Below, one piece after another: positions 37,301 through 52,300 of a stretch of 64,000 bases of DNA (positions are counted from its first letter, which is position 1; each line of letters starts with the position of its first letter). Where the stretch lies: contig NC_092675.1 in the NCBI RefSeq assembly GCF_964355755.1, positions 23,532,912-23,596,911 on the forward strand. Reading direction: 5' to 3'. Source of the stretch: Antedon mediterranea. Its lineage: Eukaryota; Animalia; Echinodermata. Made by a program: the position numbers and the translations under genes. The notes beneath the pieces were generated by a model, which saw only the letters and a program-made list of their open reading frames with translations, was not told the DNA's origin and searched no databases.

Positions 37301-40300
37301 ACAAAAATAGAGGAGAAATGCGCGTGCGCGCGTAACGTCTTGTAAAACATGGCATTTTTAATCCACAAAAAGTTTGCCCTTGATATGACTTAAATTTTCA
37401 CAAAGTGTCAAAACAAATTTATGCTTGGTTTTTAGTCTATGATCAATCATAAAAAATCATAAAATCGCACGTAAGTCACGTTGCGCAACTCTGACGTCAT
37501 TAAAAAATAGGAGGTGCACAACTTCACGTAAATGTCCATATGATGACAAAGTTATGAAATGTTATGTGTACAAGTTTTTGAGATACGCGAGACACAAAAA
37601 TGGAGGAGAAAGAAAGAAGAATAATACTAGACATGTAACTCGTCACTTTGACGAGTTAGTTATCCGCACGACAAACGCCACGTGCACGTCATACGTTGGA
37701 ATATTGCACACAGAAAAACATTATAGCATTATGACCTGAACTGAAAAATATGATATGTTGTTAGTGCTGAATTCTGTCAATTTTGTGTCAAATAGTATAT
37801 ATAGTATAATATGTATACATATTACATACACAGTGTAGAATAATTGAAATTATGGGACCTGCAATGTTGCAGTATCACATAGGTATATAAGATGTACCGA
37901 TTGCAACATTGACTGCCACATAAAATGTGGACGAGTGTCTCCAACCGAATATAATGGATAAGTGGAGATGCGCTCTATTAAACGTGATAAGCTATGACGA
38001 AAGATACAAAAATCCTATATTTTATATTCGTGTGGCCATACGATGACGTCACAATGTCCGGTTAGCCATATTAATGTATGATTCGATATTTACAACTCAC
38101 CAACTTCAAGAATATGTAATAAAAATAACTTTCACCGTTTAGTTTAGAAACTACGACTGTTTTAAAAAAGGCATAATTTTGACAAATTTTTGAACTTTTT
38201 CATCAAAAAAGCGCACAAATTGTTCAATTCGACGTGCTCGTATGACGTGATTTTAAGTCGAAATGGTTTAAAAGTTGGTAAAATTACTAAAAAAACGCTA
38301 GAAAAACATAAATCACGAGAAAAAAATATGTTTTCAACGCTACATGCGCACCGCGCACGTAAAAATTTGCAGGTGCGTGAGAATTTTTGACATGCTTAAA
38401 ATTACATGAAACGCGTAGAAAGTTGATTAGAAATTAATTTTGCGCATTTTGAAATTTTAAATGCGCGTGCGCGCGTAACTTTGTGTGAAACATGCCATTT
38501 TTAATCCACATAAAATTGACTCTTGATATAAATTAAATTTTCACCAAGTCTCAATACAAATCGACTTTTGGTTTTTAATCTATGATCAATCATTTAAATT
38601 CATAAAATTGCGTGCAAGTCACGTTGCGCAACTCTGACGTTTTTCAAAAATAGGATGTGCACAACTTCACGTAAATGTCTATATTTTGACAAAGTTACGA
38701 TATGTTCTGTTTACACATTTTAGAGAAACAGGCTCACAAAAAAAGGAAGAAAGTGAAATTTTAAATGCGCGTGCGCGCGTAATTTCTTGCAAAACATACC
38801 ATTTTTAATCGATAGAAAGTTAGCGTAAGATATAAATTAAACTTTTGCCAAGTTTCAGTTTAAAATGTTTTATGGTTTTCGATCTATGTTAAATACGCGA
38901 AATTCATAAAATCGCGCGTAAGTCACGTTGCGCAACTCTGACGTCATTCAAAAATAGGAGGTGCACAAGTTCACGTAAATGCCCACATGTTGTCAAAGTT
39001 ATGAAATGTTATGTTTACACATTTCAGAGAAACGCTCTACACAAAAATGGAAGGAAAGAAAGAAGAATAATACAGAAAAAAAAAGTGATGATCCCATACA
39101 ATAACAAGGAGTTATCCGCCAAGTGCGGATAACTAATAAAGAAAAAAAAAAAAAAGATCCAGGACGATTACAAGGAGTTATCCGCTACTAAGCGGATAAC
39201 TAATAATACAGAAAAACTAGATTTGAACTCGTCACTTTGACGAGTTCGGGTTATCCGCAGCGCAAAAGCCACGTGCACGTCATACGGTAGAATATTGCGC
39301 GCAGAAAAACGATTATGCCATTGAAAAAATGTTAGCGCGCTCTCTCTATTTTGTGTCACGTCTAAGTATATACGGTATAACACTATGTACTGTATACGTA
39401 CTACATACAGTGCACAATAGGTGCAAATAAGTGACCAAAGTTATTGACGCTTTTGCACATGATGACGTCATAAACATTTTAAAAATGGTGAATCATGCGA
39501 AAGATAATTGATTGACCTAGACAATATATAAAAATGGAGGGAAATGGAATACGGATAAGTGGAGATGCGCTCTATTAAATGTGATGAGCTATGCGAAAAA
39601 GACAAAAATCCTATATTTTATATTCGAGTGGCCATACGATGACGTCATAATGTCCAGTTAGCCATATCGATGCATGATTTGATATCTACCACTCATCATC
39701 TTTCAGAATCTGAAATTTTAAAAATGTTCACCACGGAGTTTAGAATCTATGACTTTTTAAAGAAAGGCATAATTTTCACGAATTTTTGAACTTTTTCATC
39801 AAAAACGCGCGCAAATTGTTCAATTCGACGTGCTTGTATGACGTAATTTTAAGTCGAAATTGATTGAAAATTGGTAATTTTACTAGAAAAGGCCGAAAAA
39901 ACAAAAATCAAGCAAAAAAAAAGATATTTTTGCGCCACGTGCGTACGCGCGCGTAAAAAAATTGCGCACGCGTGGGAATTTTTGAAATGCTCAAAATGAC
40001 ATGAAACGCGTAGAAAGTTGATTAGAAGTTGATTTTTCGCATTTTGAAATTTTAAACGCGCGTGCGCGCGTAACTTTTTTTTAAACATGCCATTTTTAAT
40101 CCATAGAAAGTTTGCCCTTGATATGACTTAAATTTTCTCCAAGTGTTATTACAAAATGACTTTTGGTTTATAATCTATGACCAATCATTGAAATTCATAA
40201 AATCGCGCGTAAGTCACGTTGCGCAACTCTGACGTCATTCAAAATATGGAGGTGCACAACTTCAGGTAAATGTCCATATAATGAAAAAGTTATACAAAAG

Positions 40301-43300
40301 ATATATTCACAAGAAATAGGGGATATGCTGCTCACAAAAATCCGGGAAAGAAAGAAGAACTAGACATGAAACTCGTCACTTTGACGAGTTAGTTATCCGC
40401 ACCACGACAAACGCCACGTGCACGTCATACGTTGGAATATTGCACACAGATAAAGATTATGGCATTATGACAAGAACTGAAGAATATGATATGCTGTTAG
40501 TGCTGAATTTTGTCAATTTTGTGTCATATAGTATATACAGTGCAAACCGTAATCTGTATACATATTACATACAGTGTAGAATAGGTGAAATTACTGGACC
40601 CGCCATTTATTCAAATTTTTAACATGGCGACGGTATCAAAATGGAACACTTAGATAGCAATTTCGGAAGGAAATTATCTCAGGAACAACATATTCAAGTG
40701 TAGAAGAAATTTTAATACGTAAAATATAGATGTGCGCCCTTTTAAATGTGATGAACTATTACGTAAAATATGAAAAAACGACTTTTTTTATTCAACTGGC
40801 CATATGATGACGTCAGAACATCCGATTGGCAAAATGTTTACATGAATTCGTATCTACAATCCAATAGCTTCCAGAAAACGTTGTAATCATGATTATCACT
40901 TTTTATTCTGACGAGCTATAACAGATTGAAATTTAATTTAAAGATGAAAATATGTGACCCACGTTATTTACATTTTAGACATGATGACGTTAGAAAAATT
41001 AAAATATATTTAACTCATGCGAAAGATAGTTGATTGACGGAGACAATATTAAAATCTCGGGGGAAATGGAATACGTATAAGCGAGATGCGCTCTGTTGAA
41101 TGTGATGAGCAATAACGAAAGAGACAAAAATCCTATATTTTACATTCGTGTGGCCATACGATGACATCACAATGTCCGGTTAGCCATATTGATTCATGAT
41201 CCGATATCTACAACTCATCAACTTCCAGAATATGTAATTAAAAAAAGGTTTACCTCGTAGTTTAGAATCTATGACTGTTTAAAAAAAGGCATAATTTTGA
41301 CAAATTGTTGAACTTTTTCATTAAAAAGGCGTGCAAATTGAACAATTCGACGTGCTCGTATGACGTAATTTTAAGTAGAAATTGTATAAAAATTGGTCAA
41401 ATTACTATAAAAGGCTTATAAAACATAATTCACGCAAAAAAAAAGATGTTTTAGCGCTACGTTCGCCACCGCGCGCGTAAAAATTTGCGCGCCCGTGGGA
41501 ATTTTTTACATGCGCAAAATGTCATGAATCGCGTAAAAAGTTGATTAGAAATTAATTTTGCGCAATTTGAAATTTTAAATACGCGTGCGCGCGTAACTTC
41601 TTGTAAAACGTGCCATTTTTAATCCACAAAAAGTTTGCCCCTGATATGACTTAAATTTTCACAAAGTGTCAAAACAAAATTATGCTTGGTTTTTAGTCTA
41701 TGATCAATCATAAAAAATCATAAAATCGCGCGTAAGTCATGTTGCGCAACTCTGACGTCATTCAAAAATAGGAGGTGCACAACTTCACGTAAATGCCCAT
41801 ATGTTGATAAAGTTATGAAATGTTATGTTTACAAGTTTTTGAGATACGTTCTGCACAAAAATGGGGGAGAAAGAAAGAAGCAGAAAAAGATCCAGGACGA
41901 TTACAAGGAGTTATCCGCTCAATGCGGATAACTAACTAGACATGAAACTCGTCACTTTGACGAGTTAGTTATCCGCACGACAGATGCCACGTGCACGTCA
42001 TACGTTAAAAACTATAATAAGAGGTGGTCCTGTATTTTCGCCTTGTAGCCTATTATAATTATACAGTACACTGTGTATAAAAGAAGACATTAATTCTACA
42101 TGATACAGAGGGCAGCAAACAACAATTTGCTCACATCAGAGACTATGCTGGTGTACATTGTACTACTGTATTATTATATGACATATTAACTGAATTATGG
42201 GACCTGCCTTTAATTCAAATATTTAACATGATGACGTCATAAAAAAAACAACACAACGATAGCAATTTCTGAAGAAAATTATCTTAGCAACAACATATTA
42301 ACGTGTAGAAGAAATTTGAATACGTAAAATGTTGGTGCGCGCACATTTAAATGTGATGAACTATTACGCAAAATATGAAAATACGACTCTTTTTATTCAA
42401 CTGGCAATATGATGACGTCACAACATCCGATTGGCAAAATGTTTACATGAATTCGTATCTACAATCCTATAGCTTCCAGAAAACGTTTTAATCGTGATTA
42501 TCACATTTTATTCTTACGAGCTATTACAGATTAAAATTTACTGTAAAGATGAAATTAATGACCCACGTAATTAAAATTTTTAGGCATGATGACGTTATAA
42601 AAATTAAAATATTTTTATCTCATGCTAAAGAAAGTTGATTAACCTAGACAATATATAAATATAGGAGAAAAAGGAATACAGATAAGCGTGATGCGCTCCA
42701 TTGAATGTGATGAGCAATAACGAAACAGACAAAAATCCTATATTTTACATTCGTGTGGCCATACGATTACGTCACAATGTTTTTTTGGCCTTATCGATGC
42801 ATGATCCGATATCTGCAACTCATCGACTTCTAGATTTTGTAATAAAAATAAACGGTTCACGGTTTACTTTAGAAACTATGACTGTTTAAAAAAAGACATT
42901 ATTTTGATGATTTTTTAAGCTTTTTCATAAAAAACGCGCACAAATTGTCTAATTCAACGTGTTCGTATGGCGTTATTTAAACTGGAAAAGTTCTAAATTG
43001 TTTTCAAAATTACTAGGAAAGGCTTGAAAAATATAATTCAAGAGAAAAAAATATGTTTTTATCGCTACGTGCGCACCGCGTGCGTAAAAAATCGCGCGCC
43101 CGTGGGAATTTTTGACATGCTCAAAATGACATGAAACGCGTAAAAAGTTGATTAGAAATTAATTTTGCGCATTTTGAAATTTTAAATGCGTGTGCGCGCG
43201 TAACTTCTTGTGAAACATGCCATTTTTAATCCGTAGAAAGTTTGCCCCTGATATGACTTAAATTTTGTCAAAGTGTCAATACTAAATGACTTTTGGTTTT

Positions 43301-46300
43301 TAATCTATGATCAATCATTGAAATTCATAAAATTGCGCGTAAGTCACGTTGCGCAACTATGACGTCATTCAAAAATAGGAGGTGCACAACTTCACGTAAA
43401 TGCCCATATGTTGTCAAAGTTATGAAATGTTATGTTTACACATTTTAGAGAAACGCGACTCACAAAAAGGAAGGAAGGAAAGAAGAACTAGACATGTAAC
43501 TCGTCACTTTGACGAGTTTGGTTATCCGCCGCGCAAGTGGTGCAACATTAACATTAAGGGGATAGGTTGAGGACAAAAGGAAGTGTTCACGTTGGCATTA
43601 TGACCTGAACTGAAGAATATGATCTGTTGTTATTGCTGAATTTTATTATTTAAATTCATATATAGTATACACAGTATAATCTGTATCCATATCACATACA
43701 GTGTAGAATAGGTGAAATTACGGGACCCGCTATTTATTGCAATTTTTAACATGTTGATGGTTTTAAAATGAAACGCGAAGTTAGCAATTCCGAAAGAAAA
43801 TTATCTCAGCAACAACGTATTAGCGTGTAGAAGAAATTTGAATACGTTAAATATTGATGCGCGCTCTTTTAAATGTAATGAATTATGACGAAAAAGATGA
43901 AAATACGACCTTTTTTATTTAACTGGCCATATGATGACGTCACAACATCCGATTGGCAACATTTTTACATAATTTCATATCTACAATCCAATAGCTTCCA
44001 GAAAAAGTTTTAATCGTGATTATCACATTTTATTCTTACGAGCTATAACAGATTAAAATTTACTGTAAAGATGAAATTGATGCCACACGTGATTTAAATT
44101 TTTAGGCATGATGACGTCAAAAAAATTAAAATATTTTTAACTCATGCGAAAGATAGTTGATTGACCTAGACAATATCAAAATCGGGGTGAAAATGGAAAA
44201 CGGATAAGTGGAGATGCGCTCTATTCAATGTGATGAGCTATGACGAAAGATACAAAAATACTAAATTTTATATTCGCGTGGCCATACGATGACGTCACAA
44301 TGTCCGGTTAGCCATATTAATACCTGATCCGATATCTACAACTCATCTACTTCCAGAATATGTCATCCACAAAAATTTGACCGTCTAGTTTAGAAATTAC
44401 GACTGTTTAAAAAAAGGCATATTTTAAACGAATTTTTTAACCTTTTCATAAAAAACGCGCGCAAATTGTCCAATTCGACGTGCTCGTATGACGTATCTTT
44501 AAGTCGAAATTGTTTAAAATTTGGTAAAATTACTAGAAAAGGCTGGAAAAACATAAATCACGCGAAAAAAATACGTTTTCAATGCTACGTGCGCACCGCA
44601 CACGTAGAAATGTGCGCACGCGTGGGAATTTTTGACATGCTTAAAACGACATGAAACGCGTAGAAAGTTGATTATAAATAAATTTTGCGCATTTTGAAAT
44701 TTTAAATGTGCGTGCGCGCGTAACTTTGTGTAAAACACGCAATTTTTTTTCAACAGAAATTTAGCGCATGATATAAATTAAACTTTTGCAAAGTTTCACT
44801 TTAAAATGTTATTTGGTTTTCGACATATGTTAAATACGATAAAATCGTTAAATCGCGCGTACGTCACGTTGCGCAATTGTAAACATCATGAAAAGCTTCG
44901 CTTGACGACGTTACATAAATGTCAAAATGTTAACATAGTTAACAAAATGTTATGTTTGCGAGTTTTAGAGAAAAGCGTTACACAAAAATCATACAGAAAG
45001 AAAGAAGAAGAATAACTAGACATGTAACTCGTCACTTTGACGAGTTAGTTATCCGCACGACAAACGCCACGTGCACGTCATACGTTAGAATATTGCACAC
45101 AGAAAAAATTATGGCATTATGACCTGATCTGAAGAATATGATATGTTGTTAGTGCTGAATTCTGTCAATTTTGTGTCATATAGTATATACATGCAAACAG
45201 TATAATCTGTATACATGTTACATACAGTGTAGAATAGGTGAAATTACGGGACCCGCCATTTATTCAAATTTGTAAAAACATGGCGACGGTATCAAGATGA
45301 AACACTAAGATAGCAATTTCGGAAGCAAATTATCTCAGCAACAACATATTAACGTGTAGAAGAAATTTGAATACGTTTAATATTGATGCGCGCTCTTTTA
45401 AATATAATGAACTATGATGCAAAAGATGAAAATACGACTTTTTTTATTTAACTTGCAATATGATGACGTCACAGCATCTGATTGGCAAAATGTTCACATG
45501 ATTTCATATCTACAATCCAAGAGCTTCCAGAAAATGTTTTAATCGTGATTATCACATTTTATTTTGACGGGCTATTACAGATTAAAATTTACTGTAAAGA
45601 TGAAATTAATGACCCACGTAATTAAAATTTTTAGGCATGATGACGTCATAAAAATTAAAATATTTTTATCTCATGCGAAAGATAGTTGATTGACCTAGAC
45701 AATATTAAAATCAGTGCTGAATTCTGTCAATTTTGTGTCATATAGTATATACATGCAAACAGTATAATCTGTATACATGTTACATACAGTGTAGAATAGG
45801 TGAAATTACGGGACCCGCCATTTATTCAAATTTGTAAAAACATGGCGACGGTATCAAGATGAAACACTAAGATAGCAATTTCGGAAGCAAATTATCTCAG
45901 CAACAACATATTAACGTGTAGAAGAAATTTGAATACGTTTAATATTGATGCGCGCTCTTTTAAATATAATGAACTATGATGCAAAAGATGAAAATACGAC
46001 TTTTTTTATTTAACTTGCAATATGATGACGTCACAGCATCTGATTGGCAAAATGTTCACATGATTTCATATCTACAATCCAAGAGCTTCCAGAAAATGTT
46101 TTAATCGTGATTATCACATTTTATTTTGACGGGCTATTACAGATTAAAATTTACTGTAAAGATGAAATTAATGACCCACGTAATTAAAATTTTTAGGCAT
46201 GATGACGTCATAAAAATTAAAATATTTTTATCTCATGCGAAAGATAGTTGATTGACCTAGACAATATTAAAATCTCGGAGAAAAAGAAATACGTATAAGC

Positions 46301-49300
46301 GTGATGCGCTCCATTGAATGTGATGAGCAATAACGAAAGACAAAAAAATCCTATATTTTACATTCGTGTGGCCATATGATGACGTCACAACATCCGTGAG
46401 GTAAAAATTCTGCATGAATTCATATCTACAACATATCTGCTTACATATTAAGTTAAAAAAATTAGGGGTAATCGTTGATCTTGAGAAGCTATAAAACATT
46501 CAAAATAGGCATAATTTTGACAACATTTTGTAACTTTTTCAACTAAAACGCGCGCAAATGGGCTAAATCAACGTGTTCGTATGACGTCATTTTAATTTGA
46601 AATGATGTCAATCTTTTTGAAAATGACTAGGAAAGGCTGGAAAATCACAATTCAAGAGAAAAAAACATGATTTTCATGCTCTATGCGCACCGTGCGCGTA
46701 ATATTTTTCGCGCGCGCGGTAATTTTGTACATGCTTAAAATGACATGAAACGCGTAGAAAGTTGATTAGAAATTATTTTTGCGCATTTTGAAATTTTAAA
46801 TGCGCGTGCGCGCGTAACTTTGTGTAAAACACGCAATTTTTTTCAAACAGAAAGTTAGCGCATGATATAAATTAAACTTTCACAAAGTGTCAAATAAAAA
46901 TCACTTTTAGTTTTTAATCTATGATCAATCATAAAAAATCATAAAATCGCGCGTAAGTCACGTTACGCAACTCTGACGTAATTCAAAAATAGGAGGTGCA
47001 GAACTTCACGTAAATGCCCACATGTTGTCAAAGTTATAAAATGTTATGTTTACAAATTTTAGAGAAACGCTCTACACAAAAATAGCGAGAAAGAAAGAAG
47101 AATAATACAGAAAAAAATATTGATCCCATACAATAACAAGGAGTTATCCGCCAAGTGCGGATAACTAAAAAGTTGATGATGATGATGATGATGATGATTT
47201 CGTACAATCACAAGAGGTTATCCTGCAACTTCGTTGCGGATAACCAATTAAGAAAAAGATGTTGATGATGATGATTTCGTACAATCACAAGAGGTTATCC
47301 TGCAACTTCGTTGCGGATAACCAATAAAAAGTTGATGTTGATGATTTCGTACAATCACAAGAGGTTATCCTGCAACTTCGTTGCGGATAACCAATGAAAC
47401 TCGTCACTTTGACGAGTTAGTTATCCGCTCGACAAACGCCACGTGCACGTCATACGTTAGAATATTGCACACAGAGAAATATTAAGGCATTATGACCTGA
47501 ACTGAAGAATATGATATGTTGTTATTTCTGAATTCTGTTATTTTGTGTCATATAGTATACACAGTACAATCTGTATACATATCACAAACAGTGTAAAATA
47601 GGTGAAATTACGGGACCCGTATTTTATTGTAATTTTTAACATCTTGACGGTTTCAAAATGAAATGCAAAAGTAGAAATTTCAGAATGAAATTATCTCAGC
47701 AACAACATATTAACGTGTAGAAGAAATTTGAATACGTGAAATATTGATGCGCGCTCTTTTAAATGTAATGAAATATAATGCAAAAGATGAAAATACGACT
47801 TTTTGTATTTAACTGGCCATATGATGACGTCACAACATTCGATTGGCACAATTTTCACATGATTTTGTATCTACAATACAATAGCTTCCTGAAAACGTTT
47901 TAATCCTGATTATCACATTTTATTCTTACGAGCTATAACAGATTAAAATTTACTGTAAAGATGAAATTAATGACCAACATAATTTAAATTTTTAGGCATG
48001 ATGACGATAAAAAAATTAAAAAATGTTTAATTCATGCAAAAGATAGTTGATTGACCTAGAATATATTAAAATCGGGGTGAAAATCGACTACGAATAAGTG
48101 GAGATGCGCTCTATTAAATGTGATGAGCTATGACGAAAGAGACAAAAATCCTATATTTTATATTCGCGTGGCCATACGATGACGTCACAATGTCCGGTTA
48201 GCCATATTAATGCATGATTCGATATCTACAACTCATCAACTTCCAGAATATGTAATTAAAAAAAAGTTCTCCATGTAGTTTAGAATCTATGACTGTTAAA
48301 AAATAGGCATAATTTTGACGAATTTTTGAACTTTTTCACCAGAAACGCGTGCAAATTATTTAATTCGACGTGCTCGTATGACGTAATTTTAAGTCGAAAT
48401 TGTTTAAAGGTTGGTAACATTACTATAAAAGGCTGAAAAAACATGAATCACGCGAAAAAAATATGTTTTTAACTCTAAGTGTGCACCGCGTGCGTAAAAA
48501 GTTTTGCGCGCGTGGGAATTTTTGACATGCTCAAAATGACATGAAACGCATAGAAAGTTGATTAGAAGTTGATTTTTCGCACTCTAAAATTTTAAACGCG
48601 CGTGCGCGCGTAACTTTTTGTGAAACATGCTATTTTTAATCCATAGGAAGTTTGCGCTTGATGTGACTTAAATTTTCACAAAGTGTCAAAACAAAATTAT
48701 GTTTCGTTTTTAGTCTATGATCAATCATTGAAATTCATAAAATCACGCGTAAGTCACGTTGTGCAACTCTGACGTCATTCAAAAATAGGAGGTGCACAAG
48801 TTCACGTAAATGTCGATATGTTGACAAAGTTACGATATGTTCTGTTTACACGTTTTAGAGAAACGCGACGCACAAAAATGACAGAAGGAAAGAAGTATAC
48901 TAGACATGAAACTCGTCACTTTGACGAGTTAGTTATCCGCACCACGACAAACGCCACGTGCACGTCATACGTTGGAATATTGCACACAGATAAAGATTAT
49001 GGCATTATGACAAGAACTGAAGAATAAGATATGCTGTTAGTGCTGAATTCTGTCAATTTTGTGTCATATAGTATATACATGCAAACAGTATAATCTGTAT
49101 ACATATTACATACAGTGTAGAATAGGTGAAATTACGGGACCCGCCATTTATTCCAATTTTTAACATGGCGACGGTATCAAAATGAAACACTTAGATACCA
49201 ATTTCAGAAGGAAATTATCTCAGGAAAAACATATTAACGTGTAGAAGAAATTTGAATACGTAAAATATAGATGCGCACCCTTTTAAATGTGATGAACTAT

Positions 49301-52300
49301 TACGCAAAATATGAAAATACGACTTTTTTTATTCAACTGGCCATATGATGACGTCACAACATTCGATTGGCACAATTTTCACATGATTTTGTATCTACTA
49401 TACAATAGCTTCCTGTAAATGTTTTAATTGTGATTATCACATTTTATTCTTACGAGCTATAACAGATTAAAATTTACTGTAAAGATGAAATTAATGACCA
49501 ACGTAATTTAAATTTTTAGGCATGATGACGTTAAACAAATTAAAAAATTTTTAATTCATGCAAAAGATAGTTGATTGACCTAGAATATATTAAAATCGGG
49601 GTGAAAATGTACAAAAAATAAGTGGAGATGCGCTCTATTAAATGTGATGAGCTATGACGAAAGAGACAAAAATCCTATATTTTATATTCGCGTGGCCATA
49701 CGATGACGTCACAATGTCCGGTTAGCCATATTAATGCATGATCCGATATCTACAACTCATCAACTTCCAGAATATGTAATTAAAAAAAAGTTCTCCATGT
49801 AGTTTAGAATCTATGACTGTTTAAAAATAGGCATAATTTTGACGAATTTTGGAACTTTTTCACCAAAAACGCGTGCAAATTATCTAATTCGACGTGCTCG
49901 TATGACGTAATTTTAAGTCGAAATTGTTTAAAAGTTGGTAACATTACTAGAAAAGGCTGAAAAAACATAAATCATGCAAAAAAAATATGTTTTTAACGCT
50001 TCGTGTGCACCGCGTGCGTAAAAATTTTCGCGCGCGTGGGAATTTTTGACATGCTCAAAATAACATGAAACGCATAGAAAGTTGATTAGAAGTTGATTTT
50101 TCCCACGGTAAAATTTTAAACGCGCGTGCGCGCGTAACTTTTTGTGAAACATGCTATTTTTAATCCATAGAAAGTTTGCGCTTGATATGACTTAAATTTT
50201 CACAAAGTGTCAAAACAAAATTATGTTTGGTTTTTAGTCTATGATCAATCATTGAAATTCATAAAATCGCGCATAAGTCACGTTGCGCAACTCTGACGTC
50301 ATTCAAAAATAGGAGGTGCACAAGTTCACGTAAATGTCGATATGTTGAGAAAGTTACGATATGTTCTGTTTACACGTTTTAGAGAAACACGACGCACAAA
50401 AATGACAGAAGGAAAGAAGTATAATACAGAAAAAAAAAAAAAATATGATGAAACAGGACGATTACAAGGAGTTATCCGCTACTAAGCGGATAACTAACTA
50501 GACATGTAACTCGTCACTTTGACGAGTTTGGTTATCCGCCGCGCAAGTGGTGCAACATTAACATTAAGGGGATAGGTTGAGGACAAAAGGAAGTGTTCAC
50601 GTTGGCATTATGACCTGAACTGAAGAATATGATATGTTGTTATTGCTGAATTTTATTATTTAAATTCATATATAGTATACACAGTATAATCTGTATCCAT
50701 ATCACATACAGTGACATACAGTGTAGAATAGGTGAATTTACGGGACCCGCTATTTATTGCAATTTTTAACATGTTGACGGTTTTAAAATGAAACGCGAAG
50801 GTAGCAATTCTGAAAGGAAACTATCTCAGCAACAACGTATTAGCGTGTAGAAGAAATTTGAATACGTGAAATATTGATGCGCGCTCTTTTAAATGTAATG
50901 AATTATGACGCAAAAGATGAAAATACGACCTTTTTTATTTAACTGGCCATATGATGACGTCACAACATCCGATTGGCAACATTTTTACATAATTTCGTAT
51001 CTACAATCTAATAGCTTCCAGAAAAAGTTTTAATCGTGATTATCACATTTTATTCTTACGAGCTATAACAGATTAAAATTTACTGTAAAGATGAAATTGA
51101 TGCCACACGTGATTTAAATTTTTAGGCATGATGACGTCAAAAAAATTAAAATATTTTTAACTCATGCGAAAGATAGTTGATTGACCTAGACAATATCAAA
51201 ATCGGGGTGAAAATGGAAAACGGATAAGTCGAGATGCGCTCTATTCAATGTGATGACCTATGACGAAAGATACAAAAATCCTAAATTTTATATTCGCGTG
51301 GCCATACGATGACGTCACAATGTCCGGTTAGCCATATTAATACCTGATCCGATATCTACAACTCATCTACTTCCAGAATATGTCATCCACAAAAATTTGA
51401 CCGTCTAGTTTAGAAATTACGACTGTTTAAAAAAAGGCATATTTTAAACGAATTTTTTAACCTTTTCATAAAAAACGCGCGCAAATTGTCCAATTCGACG
51501 TGCTCGTATGACGTATCTTTAAGTCGAAATTATTTAAAATTTGGTAAAATTACTAGAAAAGGCTGGAAAAACATAAATCACGCGAAAAAAAAACGTTTTT
51601 AATGCTACGTGCGCACCGCACACGTAGAAATGTGCGCACGCGTGGGAATTTTTGACATGCTTAAAACGACATGAAACACGTAGAAAGTTGATTATAAATT
51701 AATTTTGCGCATTTTGAAATTTTAAATGTGCGTGCGCGCGTAACTTTGTGTAAAACACGCAATTTTTTTTTAGCAGAAAGTTAGCGCATGGTATAAATTA
51801 AACTTTTGCAAATTTTCAAGTTGAAATGTTATTTGGTTGTCGAGCTATGTTAAATACGACAAAATCGTTAAATCACGCGTAAGTCACGTTGCGCAATTGT
51901 AAACGTCATGAAAAGCTTCGCTTGACGACGTTACGTAAATGTCAATATGTTAAGATAGTTACCGAAATGTTATGTTTGCGAGTTTTAGAGAAAAGCGTTA
52001 CACAAAAATCATACAGAAAGAAAGAAGAAGAACTAGACATGTAACTCGTCACTTTGACGAGTTTGGTTATCCGCCGCGCAAGTGGTGCAACATTAACATT
52101 AAGGGGATAGGTTGAGGACAAAAGGAAGTGTTCACGTTGGCATTATGACCTGAACTGAAGAATATGATATGTTGTTATTGCTGAATTTTATTATTTAAAT
52201 TCATATATAGTATACACAGTCTAATCTGTATCCATATCACATACAGTGTAGAATAGGTGAAATTACGGGACCCGCTATTTATTGCAATTTTTAACATGTT

